A DNA stretch of 63,904 nt, filler included, from Licmophora abbreviata (Eukaryota): assembly GCA_900291995.1 (NCBI GenBank). It is 14 parts of 14 records of this genome, joined end to end, with 100 filler letters (N's around TTAATTAATTAA, not from the genome) between each part and the next. Parts side by side here need not be neighbours in the genome. Positions count along the whole stretch, not along the records: positions 14,067 to 16,440 come from OLMU01000736.1; positions 16,541 to 26,983 come from OLMU01000737.1; 12 more parts are not named here. One strand, given 5' to 3'. The position numbers and the translations under genes were made by a program. Below, piece after piece: positions 14,301 through 24,472 of this stretch (position 1 is its first letter; the number at the start of each line of letters is the position of its first letter). The notes under the pieces are model-generated. The model worked only from the letters and a program-made list of their open reading frames with translations. It had not been told where the DNA came from and did not search any database.

Positions 14301-15476
14301 CTCAAGGATCGATACGGTGCTCACCAGCTTGTCGCCTTCGTCAATGAGGTGCAAGGTGTCGTCACCTGCGACTTTAACGTGACATTCACTTTTGATATTG
14401 CTGTCGAGTCAGGCTCCGACCCGGCAAGGTTGATCAGTCTGGTCAGTGTCGTGTCTCCAGTCGGAGTCTTCAACTTCACTGACGACGTCAATGGAGAGAT
14501 CGTCGGCCCAGGCTCCGAGTTCGAGTTCATGGCGAATATCACCATCGATTTGACGGTGCGCCAGCGCTACACTGCATTGACAACCATCATTGGCCAGGCG
14601 CTCAACGAAGGGACCTTCTGCGCGGATACGGATTTTATTACGTTCATTGCTGGAAACCCACTCCAACCAACTGTGCCGTCTGCCGCTCCATCTATCGCGC
14701 CGACAACGACGCCGCAGCCGACCCCAGATCCCGAAACGAATGCTTGTGCGATTATCGCCCCCATCGAGTGTACGACTACCGGTGGCCCTGAATTTTTGCA
14801 GTGCACGGACCTTCGTGGCCCAAGCGCACAGTCGTGCTCTGGTTTGGCCGATCCCAATGCCAGAGTAAATGCCCCTCTTCAAGTCACGCTTCTGTATGAC
14901 GGATCTACAACAGGAGGTGCCGATCCCGTGTACATTACTGCGTTTGGGAGGAACGAGAACTTCGAGGGCTTTGTTTCCCTCAATACTTTCTGGCGCGCCA
15001 TTGGACTGGATGACAGGGAACCCGTCGTCATTACCGTCTACAATGAGGATCCCGCGAATGGTGGCACTGAGCTTGAAAGCTTCTCCATGAATGCTGAGTG
15101 TGACGATGCTACAGATGTGGTCCTTGAAAATCGTTTCGGTTCCAATGAAATTGTTGGATTCCGTATCTTCCAGACAATCACGTACTCCAAGGCTGAAGTT
15201 ACACTTCAATACGACGTCCGCAATACTGGCCTCTTCAACGCGGATGTGACGAGCGCCATTATCGATGGAGGGGCAAACACCATTACTACTCCGCTCTCAC
15301 TACCGAAACGCCGTACTATCACAGCTGCTGAGGAGGTTATCATCGTTGATTTGGTTCCAGGAACCTCTATCAGTAAGACGTTCGCCGCAGAGGCAGTGAA
15401 TGCAGACAGCACTTCTATGCTTCCTTGCGAGGCCGAGACGAGTAGCGAGGTCGTCTCCGTGACGGCCCCTCAGTAA
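11347..15476 (+). CDS. Large secreted modular Cys-rich, Pro/Thr-repeat cell-surface protein (spans two gaps; may be a join of paralogs)
   Basis: Signal peptide [23 protein letters not shown]; intron 11629-11727. At least four related acidic Cys-rich modules of about 250-300 aa are separated by (PTPA)n linkers. Same strand and composition on all three contigs; stop at 15476. Confidence 0.8.
12455..12920 (+). repeat. Coding tandem repeat: 12-nt [12 protein letters not shown] units with a 36-nt higher-order unit
   Basis: Near-identical copies of ccgatcccacaccagctcccacaccaggtccaacgc at 12686-12840. The array is interrupted by the 12586-12685 gap. Shorter arrays occur at about 11511-11610 and 13690-13740. 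Confidence 0.9.
12586..12685. other. Artificial assembly spacer
   Basis: N44-TTAATTAATTAA-N44, inside the PT repeat. Confidence 0.98.
13967..14066. other. Artificial assembly spacer
   Basis: N44-TTAATTAATTAA-N44. Confidence 0.98.
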
Positions 15477-15553
15477 TGACGTGACGAGTGAATCGCCATG
15501 CGAGTGGCGTCCTCATTGTGTGTAATATGAAAAGAGAAGAGAATCGAGATCGT

Positions 15554-15570
15554 GAGAGAGAGAGAGAGAG
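15554..15570. repeat. (GA)8 microsatellite
   Basis: gagagagagagagagag just downstream of the secreted-protein stop. Confidence 0.8.
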
Positions 15571-15733
15571 TAGTTTCTTATGTGTACCGAGACGAGAGTC
15601 TCATCGAAGCTACATTATGTTTGACGTGTTGGCAGGAGGAAGGCCTCCGTCAAGCGAACTGAGAAGATTTGATAGGACTAAATTTAGCTTCGTCGAAATA
15701 TATATTCCACTTGTGTACAGATTTCTTCATTGA

Positions 15734-16386
15734 TTATGCCTTCTTAGGCGTCATCCCAGCCTTGCGCTTCGTGCTCGATGGTATCGTGGTGGTCGTCGAT
15801 ACCTTTTTCTTCTTGTTTGAAGTCTCGTCCCCATTTGCAACCGCGACTCTTTTCACGTTCACGTCTTCGTCGACAACCTGGTAGCTCTGATCCAAATCTC
15901 CCTGTACGACAGCGTCCAGCTTGGCCATGACATCTTGCGTCTGACTCAAAGTCACGAATTCATCCGACATCCCGTCCACTTTGAGCTGACCGCCCTTCCC
16001 CAATGCAAGAATTACCGCAGTCGGACCAGGATGAATCAATCCGTGGTACTGATAGCCTTTCAAGTCCAAAGTGACTGCAGAGCAACAGAACGATTTCTGA
16101 CTGAGAAAAGAAAAAATCGCATCGCAATAACAGCGGTAAAAAGTTCAAGGTACGTACCTCCCTCGGGTCCTGCTTCGAATCTACCAATGGCCCCGGTTGC
16201 TCCTTCCAAATCGAGACGAGTTGCGTCCTGTGGCTCGATCTGCACCAAAACGGAGCACTCCCCCGTACTAGCTGTGGGCATCAACACATCCAAGCAATCG
16301 ACATTGATCGGTACCTTCTTGCTGGAGACCTTTCCTTTGGGTTTAGAGCCGTCCTTGGTCTTTGATTCAGAGTCGGTTGGGGACAT
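15734..16386 (-). CDS. BIN4/MIDGET-like protein (topoisomerase VI accessory-factor domain)
   Basis: Intron 16075-16157 (GTACGT..CTGCAG) gives VLVQIEPQDATRLDLEGATGAIGRFEAGPEG-VTLDLKGYQYHGLIHPGPT..LKVDGMSDEFVTL..VVQGDLD. This follows the plant BIN4 C-terminal pattern DLxGxxGA[VI]GR..LDLKGxxY..KIEAIMNDF..VEGTL as I recall it. Basic NLS-like tail. Confidence 0.7.
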
Positions 16387-16440
16387 GATGGTGGCGGTGT
16401 GTACCAGGTAAAATGATCGCAAAAACCCCTAATTTCCAGG

Positions 16441-16540
16441 NNNNNNNNNNNNNNNNNNNNNNNNNNNNNNNNNNNNNNNNNNNNTTAATTAATTAANNNN
16501 NNNNNNNNNNNNNNNNNNNNNNNNNNNNNNNNNNNNNNNN
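16441..16540. other. Artificial assembly spacer
   Basis: N44-TTAATTAATTAA-N44. Confidence 0.98.
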
Positions 16541-17019
16541 AGCGCCCAAGGTATTCGTTGAGGCGAACAAAGAGGCTTCCCAACTGCAGGTGTCGCCAAA
16601 CGCCGTCAAGTGCCACACGACGAGCACCCCACCGTCTGCAATCTGCAATATGTCGCGGCTTGCAGATTGGATTTGAGATCGTTTCAAAACATACGAGTAG
16701 GAGAGGATTGCGCGCGCCGAATCGTGCGCGATGAGGTGTGTCGATATCGCTATGCGCGCTCACAGCACAACCAGGACGATGGAAGTTTGATTGCCGATCT
16801 CTAGTCTACCTGGCACCTTCTTCAGCCAGCAAGAACGATCCGTCACTGCTGGTAAGTGCCCATCGTGCCGAGAAACGCACTCATCCGTCCTCGAGAACGT
16901 GTTGCGCCACCACCAGTATAGACCTTGCTTGTTTGCTAAGACAGCCACATCGTGCGTGCTCACAGTCCGCATCCCCTTCTGAAAAAAGCTACAGTACGTA
17001 GCTAACGCGATTCTTCACT

Positions 17020-17496
17020 ATGGACCTTCTCAATACTATCAAACGCGTAATCCCAAAGCTCCTGTCCTTCAATAGCAAACCGGACGCCGACAGCTTTCCG
17101 GAATTGCCGGACGTCATTGTATGGTGTCGGTTTGTGATCGCCCTCATCTACGGATTCAACATGGGATACATGCGGGGCTATCAAGGTGGCGCCGGAATCA
17201 TGTTTGGTCTGAACCTCATTACATTTGTGCCATTCATCTATGTTTCTAACTTTTTGGGAGCAAACACGGATACTTATCCGGGCGTGACGTTTGCTGGAGT
17301 GCCGCAAGCCTTTGCTCTGTTTGTGCTCATGTGGATCTACTTCTTTACGCTAGCGAACGAAGGTGACGAAATGAAACTGGCCATGGCTCTATTACAACAG
17401 CATGCAGGAATGGAAGAGGGAACTATGGGGTCTGGAGAAGAAGGTATTGTTACGGAAGAGCAAGTAACATTCACAGAACCAGAATCGGAGTTCTAG
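17020..17496 (+). CDS. Rab5-interacting protein family (RAB5IF/OPTI, EMC6-like) membrane protein
   Basis: ELPDVIVWCRFVIALIYG..three hydrophobic segments..GVPQAFALFVLMWIYFFT matches the Rab5ip pattern DVIYWxR..G..SFALF..WI.FYT. Confidence 0.75.
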   Translation: MDLLNTIKRVIPKLLSFNSKPDADSFPELPDVIVWCRFVIALIYGFNMGYMRGYQGGAGIMFGLNLITFVPFIYVSNFLGANTDTYPGVTFAGVPQAFALFVLMWIYFFTLANEGDEMKLAMALLQQHAGMEEGTMGSGEEGIVTEEQVTFTEPESEF

Positions 17497-17892
17497 CAAG
17501 TAGAGAATGCTATCCCACCACGACAATTTAAACTCTGCTAGCTCAATTGTGGCTTTTGGAAGGTGTGCACCCGATAAAAGGCTGACTAGAAGCTCCCTTT
17601 TTCCACCTTGCAACCGAATTATGACACTGGAGTAGAAAGGAAGTAGATGACGAGGCGGAAACTCTGCGAACCCACGTCCGTACGTCGTCCAACGGCGCCG
17701 ATGACCACGAATTTGAAACTGACAAAAAGTTGAAAAGTTGAAAAGAACAGGCGTGGTGCGCCGTTTCGTCTAAGCTGCCGGTACAAGGTCGACATCATTC
17801 GTCGCGACCGTGTTTGAACCTCGCTCCCGTCTCTGACACAGACAGAAGGAGAGGCCTGGGATCGAGAAATCCTCATCGGGCCCAACATAGTC

Positions 17893-18816
17893 ATGGCAGA
17901 GTTTGATTCCACTGGATTTTCTCCTGTCGCGGCTTTCTTTGGCGGCCGCAAGACAGAGGATGCACCAAGAGACGAAGCGAAGCACCGTCCTACATCGCTG
18001 GCGGTGATCTCGTCAAAGAAAAGCGGTCGTCAGGGAGTCGGTTCTCTGCAAGCTCACGCCGATGCTACCACTTCGTCTATAGCGGCCAAGCGCGTACTGG
18101 CTGTGGGAAAGCGGCGTCGACTCGATCAAGATCAAGAAGACGACGATGAGAGCCATGATGACCGTTCAGTCGGAGAGGAGGAGGAAGGAAGAACAGCCAT
18201 TGCAAACAAAAAGTCAAGCGTAGCGATAGACAACTCAATGGACACTGAGCCACCGCGAAAAAAGAAAAAGAAGAAAGGCAAGAAAGAACGACAAGCAGAA
18301 GCAGACAGTACTGATCTGCACTCGGAAACAGAAGTCATCAATACGTCAAAACCGAGCGGTGAAGAAGAAGAAGAGGCGGAGAAGGAACGCATCCTAGATA
18401 AAACAAAACGAAAGAGTAGACACAAGGTGCGCAGCCGACAGAAGAATATCTACAAGGACAAGCGTCTGGCTCAGCACAAGCCGGATCATTTGATACTTGG
18501 TCGTCCGGACTTCGCCGGGAGACCCCTGACCCCTGCAACGCGAGCCAAGCTCAAGCTCCCCCCAAGTCGATCGAGTCGAAAACATTTGGAGAGTTCAGAC
18601 CCTCAAGAGACTGAGCAGAACCTGAAGCCAGGGGATGGGGAGGGAATGAAGCTAGCTATTGACGAACTGCTGGATGATGTCGGAGAACCACAAGAAGAGG
18701 AACCGGCCACCGCTTTGGCCGATTCGGCTGCTCACAAAAAGCCTTTGCGGAAGCTCAAAAGCAAGAAGAAGAAGAAGTCCAAATACAAGAACTTACAGCA
18801 ACTTGCTTGTAGCTAA
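17893..18816 (+). CDS. Lysine-rich disordered hypothetical protein, probably nuclear/nucleolar
   Basis: 307-aa ATG ORF with poly-K NLS tracts, acidic patches and one motif-like block, [21 protein letters not shown]. Confidence 0.65.
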   Translation: MAEFDSTGFSPVAAFFGGRKTEDAPRDEAKHRPTSLAVISSKKSGRQGVGSLQAHADATTSSIAAKRVLAVGKRRRLDQDQEDDDESHDDRSVGEEEEGRTAIANKKSSVAIDNSMDTEPPRKKKKKKGKKERQAEADSTDLHSETEVINTSKPSGEEEEEAEKERILDKTKRKSRHKVRSRQKNIYKDKRLAQHKPDHLILGRPDFAGRPLTPATRAKLKLPPSRSSRKHLESSDPQETEQNLKPGDGEGMKLAIDELLDDVGEPQEEEPATALADSAAHKKPLRKLKSKKKKKSKYKNLQQLACS

Positions 18817-19310
18817 TCTAGGTCCTCTTCTTCCTCGTCCTTTCCTGCTTCAATAGCCGCTTCTCTTTCAAGCCGTTCTTTCAAGAGACTCACAATGGCC
18901 CTCTGCGTGCGCCTTTCCAGCTTGTCCATTTTCGCTTGAATGTCGCGTTTGAGATCCCAGTTGATCTTTTTAGGGGCAGCAATGTCAGAATGCGTTGTCG
19001 ACGACGACTGCTGTCGTACATCTCGCTGCGCCTCCTCCAGTGCCTGTTCCAAGGCGGTCTTGTTGTCACTAGTGGCTGTGGTGGTTCTAAGTCGTTTCGA
19101 CTCTGGTTCTTCCGTGTCATCCGTTTCACCAGTCGCCTGTGGTTCTAGAGAAGCATCTTGGGGAGCATAGTTTCGAAACTTGATGGCTTTTCCGCTGGTC
19201 TGACTTTCTTCCTGTCGCTCCATGGTAGCGTCTGCATCACCGTCATCCACCGAAGGCTCTCTCCCCGCCTTGGCCGCAAGGGCCTTTAATCTCGCTTTTC
19301 TGTCTTCCAT
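18813..19310 (-). CDS. CWF18: Spliceosomal protein Cwf18/CCDC12
   Basis: [42 protein letters not shown]. Confidence 0.9.
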   Translation of the reverse strand: MEDRKARLKALAAKAGREPSVDDGDADATMERQEESQTSGKAIKFRNYAPQDASLEPQATGETDDTEEPESKRLRTTTATSDNKTALEQALEEAQRDVRQQSSSTTHSDIAAPKKINWDLKRDIQAKMDKLERRTQRAIVSLLKERLEREAAIEAGKDEEEEDLD

Positions 19311-19788
19311 TCTGATGTTTTCTCTTTCTTGAAAATGATGAGCGCGCAAAGGAAGCCCTACTGTCGAGGTAGTCTTAGCAGGGGGCGCGAACGGCTGCTA
19401 TCGACATGGTCGCATCGCATCAGTTGGCGAGGAGGAATGGCTGTGATGGAACGCAACAAGCGGACAGTCTGCACTGCGACCGGTTCCTTCGCACCTCTCT
19501 TTTTGCCTTGTTCATCTCTCGGTTCCAACCGTACCGACGATCTGCCTTTGAATCAAGGTACCCAGACATCCTAGACTAGCACCTTCTATCTCTTCTTTGT
19601 ACAGCTGCAGGGATACCGTATCTACCAAGGGATTTTCCTAGAGACTACTATAAAAAGGCGCGAATCTGTTCCGAAATAATTCCACAGTCAGGTACCACGC
19701 ACGACTCCTCTAGACGGCAAAACTCTAGTAGAGGTACAGCAACTCTGCTCAGACTGCAGTGCCGTTTCACTCTCCTTCATTCCTGCTT

Positions 19789-20313
19789 CTACACATTAAA
19801 AGACTCTCCACATCCGCATTCTCCTTTGGAATTGGGATTGTGAAATGTAAATTCCGACGCCAGTTCCGTTTCCTCCCAATCCATAGTGGTCCCCACGACA
19901 TTGAACAACGCCATGGGCTCAATCTGGATCAGCACACCATGTTGTGTCGTGGAGACATCTTTTGATTTCGAATCATATGCATAATTCAACGTATACGACA
20001 GTCCGTTGCAGCCTCGTCTCTTGACACCCAGTCGTATCCCAGCGGCTCCGTCGGCCGAGTCGCCAGTAAGGAGCTCCTTGATTCGATCTGCGGCACGCTC
20101 TGTCAAAACGATGGGATCCTGTTCTGCTAAGGATCGTCGCTTTTTTGGACTTGATTCAACCGCCACGGAAGAAAAATAAGAATGTGATGAAGACCCATGT
20201 TGAACTTGAAGGCTAGTAGTATTTCGCGGAGAATTGTCACAGCAGGGTACGAATTGACCGATTCGTCGTTTTGATGACAACCGGGCGATACGTGGAAGCA
20301 ATCGAGATGCCAT
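19789..20313 (-). CDS. ISCA1: Mitochondrial A-type Fe-S cluster carrier
   Basis: Arg/Ser-rich presequence; LTERAA, GVKRRGCNGLSYTL, FHNPNSKGECGCGESF. Confidence 0.95.
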   Translation of the reverse strand: MASRLLPRIARLSSKRRIGQFVPCCDNSPRNTTSLQVQHGSSSHSYFSSVAVESSPKKRRSLAEQDPIVLTERAADRIKELLTGDSADGAAGIRLGVKRRGCNGLSYTLNYAYDSKSKDVSTTQHGVLIQIEPMALFNVVGTTMDWEETELASEFTFHNPNSKGECGCGESFNV

Positions 20314-20860
20314 TTCTGAAAGCTTCAGTCAGTGGATAAGATATGTCTTCTCACCAAAGAGCAAACGTGAGGAAAAGAAGAAGAGGAAGCGAATGAAACC
20401 TCGCCGTTGTTGTTGTTGTGTTGCTGATGCGAAGTTCGAAGAAAATGGCAGTTTTTAGTTCTTTTGGCCCACCCAGAATGACGTCATGGATAACCCGGAA
20501 GATGCTTTATTCTGCTCGCACGTAGAAAACAGTACAAATCGTACGTACAGGAATTCCATCCACAAGAAAGTCACCCGAACGTGCTCCAAGGCAAAAGCGA
20601 CGCCGCCAGCAGTTTCAAGTTCCGGTCACTCATCTCACTCCCCCCTGCATGGAGTGTCCAAGCAAGAACTTGAAGCGTTTTCTCACCGTCTACACAGTGA
20701 ATCAATAGCATCACGGTTTACGAAAGAGTCAGTCACCGGAAGAGAGCCAGGGACGCGCCGGAACCGACCCAGAGAGCTTGAAAAAACCCCCAAAGTAGCA
20801 GCGCTCGTTCCGAAAAGACAAGCCAATTGGTTTCACCTTTTATTTCGGTCTTACTGTGCT

Positions 20861-23800
20861 ATGGACAACAATTTGATGGCTTCTGCCGGTGCCACGGGCG
20901 ATATATGGTCTACAGGCTTCTTGTCTTTCGAAAGTCCTCTCAAGGACCTCTTGGACACGAACAATTATACGTTAGAGCAGCTTTTGGCAGAAGATGAGCT
21001 GCTTCAAGAACTGCGAGGCATGCATCCGCAGCTGCTGTTGTTCTTCAATGCTGAGGTTGCTGTGACGAGGTTAGTCCAGCATGTCATCCGGGATGTGCGC
21101 AGGGATGCTCCCCTGGTGCCACTGAGTATCACGACCGTCATAAGGCCACCAGATATGGACACTGTAGAAGCAGAAGCGAGCTCGTTTCTGTTTCCTCCAC
21201 CCGAGGAAGCGGACAAAAAGGAACCGAAAAGTTCAGATGAAGAAGAGCAGTTACGGAGCATTCGTTATCCGTATATGGCTTGTGAAGCAATCTGTTGTGA
21301 AATCAGCTCGATTCTCGACGCACTGGTCGATGGGCATGTCGCTACCGAGCTATTAAACTCTTCATCATCGACTCCGTCAGAGGAGAGCACGACGACAGGT
21401 GCAGACCAAGAGAACGAAGGCGACGGTACAAACACTCCTTTGACGAACGGCGGCACGAACCATGTCAGTAGTGACGCCCGACCACCACGACTACTAGACT
21501 TGCTGTGTTCCGTTCTTGTGAACACAGACGTGGGGGAACTCGACGATTATCGCGCCGGATATTTGGACAAGATTCTGTCTGTACTGTGTCGCACTCGACC
21601 GCAAGCTATGAATGCCTATGTACAAGAGAAGGGCATAGAACTGTTGCACAACCTTCAAAAGCACTTGTATTCACACTCAATAATGCAGATTGTGCAGCGA
21701 CTGCTGCTCCCAAGCGGTGGTGGTGGTATGTCTGGCGGAGAAGGAGTGGTCAATGGAGACGACGACGACGACCAGGAAAAGGAATTTCGATGTAAATGGT
21801 CTGAGCTCCCCGAATCAGTCGATTTACTACTTAACAGTCTGCTGCTGCCACAGTCTGATACACAACTTTTGACTCTCGACGAAGCTCAGAATGCGTCGGA
21901 GGTGCTCATGACGATTATTCAGAACTCTCCGTTGTCCGCGCGACCTTTGATTTGTCTGACGACGCATCCCGCTCTGGATCGAATTATCGATGCAGCGAGT
22001 ACTATCGAGGAAGAAGAGGCTCTCAGTCCCCACGAGTCGAGACTTACCAGTGCCATGAATGTCTTGGAAAGTTTGATTCTGCAACTTGGTGGGTACGGAA
22101 CGGTTAGTAGCATGGGACCAGCACAGCCCATGCCAGAGGCAAACCAGCAAGTGGGTAGTGAGGAAGGCGGCGACGACGACAACAGGAGTATTGATTTGAC
22201 GGAGCAGTCAACGACAGCGTCTTCAGAGACGCTTATTGAGCTCTTACCAGGCTTGCTCGAACGCCTCTGTCATCTGTTGCAACATCCCTCGACGAAGTCC
22301 TGGACCTCCCCGATGCAGTTTGCTCAGCATGCTCCCCAGTCATTACTGGGAATGTCAAGACTGAAGATGGTGCGACTGCTGGAGTCTTTGGTCTTGTTAG
22401 GTCACCCCGAGGTGGATCATATTCTATGTGAGTCTCCAGCACTGCAAATCTGTTTGGACCTATTCTGGGAATTTGCATGGTGTAGCATGCTGCACCAGTC
22501 CGTTGCGAACCTGCTTGTCCACGTTTTTGAAGGAGCGAATGAGCGAGCCAAGCTGCAGAAGTACTTTTTGGAGGAGTGTAGTTTACTTGAACGTCTCATG
22601 GATTCGTTCGAAAACGAAGAAAATGAAGGCGGAGTTGTTTCGGATGCTCGCGTCATCCCAGGAGTTGACAAGGCAAATGAAACCAAGAGCACATCTTCGG
22701 TACTGGTAGAAGGCGACGAGATGCTGCCAGTGTTGGACGACGTAAACGGTTCGGAACAGCAGGCGGTTTCCTTAACAGTCGGAGCGGCACAGGACGAAGA
22801 GCAGTTGGAGTTGGAGAAGCCCACTTCTGTCGACGAGCTTGCGAGGAAAGATCCACTTGATGAGTCGGCTGAAGAAATCAAATCTCATATTCCCTCATTT
22901 CGTTTGGGCTATATGGGACATGTTATTATCGTCTGTCAAGCGTTAGTGCACGCGAGTACAAGGGTTGTGAACGAACCGCCCGACATGGACGCAGTGGAAG
23001 GCGGAATGAGTTCCATTGACCTGGAAATGAGTAGCTCTGTTGAACTGAATGGCATAAATGGAAAGGGCGACTCTGCTCGGTCAGAGTACGAGAAACAGGG
23101 CTCGGCAACGTCTTTGGACTTTGATCAGGACGACAGTGATACCTATTGCGAAGACGACGCCGCCGATCCAGACTCCGAGAACGACCTGATTATTGTGCAG
23201 CTCATTCAGTCTTCTGTGTTCCGATCGAGATGGGAAGAATTCGTAACGAATACTCTTTCGGCTGAAAGTGCAATCCAGTTGACATTACTTGGTGGGGCTT
23301 CCGCTGGAAATCCAGACGGGGATCCACTGCACTCGCATGCACCTGACATGAACGGTCTGTCTGATTTCGAACAAGACTTCGTACAGGGAAAAGGCATTCT
23401 TGTTACAGGAGAGGCGATTGATATGGACGACAATGATCTGGACATGGCAGCAACCATGATGGAAGCGCTTGGCAGCCTAGCGAACGGACCCGAGGAAGCT
23501 GACAATACCGACGAAGGGAAATTTTCAAAGGAGTCCCATGACTACATCTTCGATGATCCGCTTGGTAGCAACAGATTCGCCCAAGACGATAGCGACGATG
23601 GAAGTGACGACGACGGAAGTGATGGCGAGCCTGCTCTGATTGAAGATGTAGAGCCAAAGCAGTCTGAACTCTCGTCCAAAGAAGTGGATGACAAGGATGC
23701 GCCGCCCGTTATGAATCTTTTTACGGGAAATTTCTATGATGACAAACCTTATGATGAACCAGCCGACAGCAGCTTATTGCCATTGAATGCAGACGGCGTT

Positions 23801-24208
23801 GAGCAGTCGTTGAATACTGTAGCTGGTGAGACGTCGTTTAGTCCGGATTTTGCTGTGAATTTCGACGACGCTTTTGCTTCTGCAGAAACTTCGAGTTCCG
23901 ATTCCGACGAAGCACCTGACTATTCTATCGCAGTTGCCGACGAGTCTACACGGGAGGAGATGGAAACAGTTCCACCTGACGCCGAAGATATTTTTGGAGC
24001 TACGCCGCCTCACCACTTACTTCTGGGAGAGGATGACGAAACGGACAAACAAAACGAAGGGAACGAGGATGATGATGAGGATGCAATTGGTCCCTTTCAG
24101 CAAGCAGAGAGCTCGATTACCTCAACGGCAGCTGAGATGGAGACCCCAAGCGTGAGCAGCCCCAACACGGAACCGGAACCGAAGACCGATGAAGAGTGCG
24201 AAAATTAA
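20861..24208 (+). CDS. SIT4 phosphatase-associated protein (SAPS/PP6 regulatory subunit)
   Basis: ESPLKDLLD..TLEQLLAEDELLQE, RYPYMACE, AGYLDKIL, LGMSRLKMVRL, LDLFWEFAWCSMLH, RLGYMGHV, and an acidic low-complexity tail. The ORF is open from 20486, but the likely start is 20861. Confidence 0.9.
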   Translation: MDNNLMASAGATGDIWSTGFLSFESPLKDLLDTNNYTLEQLLAEDELLQELRGMHPQLLLFFNAEVAVTRLVQHVIRDVRRDAPLVPLSITTVIRPPDMDTVEAEASSFLFPPPEEADKKEPKSSDEEEQLRSIRYPYMACEAICCEISSILDALVDGHVATELLNSSSSTPSEESTTTGADQENEGDGTNTPLTNGGTNHVSSDARPPRLLDLLCSVLVNTDVGELDDYRAGYLDKILSVLCRTRPQAMNAYVQEKGIELLHNLQKHLYSHSIMQIVQRLLLPSGGGGMSGGEGVVNGDDDDDQEKEFRCKWSELPESVDLLLNSLLLPQSDTQLLTLDEAQNASEVLMTIIQNSPLSARPLICLTTHPALDRIIDAASTIEEEEALSPHESRLTSAMNVLESLILQLGGYGTVSSMGPAQPMPEANQQVGSEEGGDDDNRSIDLTEQSTTASSETLIELLPGLLERLCHLLQHPSTKSWTSPMQFAQHAPQSLLGMSRLKMVRLLESLVLLGHPEVDHILCESPALQICLDLFWEFAWCSMLHQSVANLLVHVFEGANERAKLQKYFLEECSLLERLMDSFENEENEGGVVSDARVIPGVDKANETKSTSSVLVEGDEMLPVLDDVNGSEQQAVSLTVGAAQDEEQLELEKPTSVDELARKDPLDESAEEIKSHIPSFRLGYMGHVIIVCQALVHASTRVVNEPPDMDAVEGGMSSIDLEMSSSVELNGINGKGDSARSEYEKQGSATSLDFDQDDSDTYCEDDAADPDSENDLIIVQLIQSSVFRSRWEEFVTNTLSAESAIQLTLLGGASAGNPDGDPLHSHAPDMNGLSDFEQDFVQGKGILVTGEAIDMDDNDLDMAATMMEALGSLANGPEEADNTDEGKFSKESHDYIFDDPLGSNRFAQDDSDDGSDDDGSDGEPALIEDVEPKQSELSSKEVDDKDAPPVMNLFTGNFYDDKPYDEPADSSLLPLNADGVEQSLNTVAGETSFSPDFAVNFDDAFASAETSSSDSDEAPDYSIAVADESTREEMETVPPDAEDIFGATPPHHLLLGEDDETDKQNEGNEDDDEDAIGPFQQAESSITSTAAEMETPSVSSPNTEPEPKTDEECEN

Positions 24209-24472
24209 GGCGGAAGGGTGATCTGCGTGTCTGCTACGAATGTGAGTTGATAAATTATGTATGTACGGCGTCAACAGGGATGTTCAGTTTAACCTCTACA
24301 AGTGTGGCACGCGTCTGTTTTGCCGTAAAAGCGAATTGAACTTCACTATCTATAGAATTTGTGGTGTTGTAGTGGGGACAAAACGATCGGGATGACAAGT
24401 AAACGTAGAAAGTCTTTAGCAACGTGATCGTCCTTTTTGGTGCCCGATCGTGAGTACCATCAGAGCGGAATC

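Noticed and set aside
16541..17001. Short ORFs between the gap and the Rab5ip-like gene
   Set aside because: No recognisable motif or consistent frame; could be UTR/promoter or an unidentifiable gene fragment.
20486..20860. 125-aa N-terminal extension of the SAPS ORF
   Set aside because: Family similarity begins after M at 20861, and the upstream ATG overlaps the promoter palindrome; probably 5' UTR.
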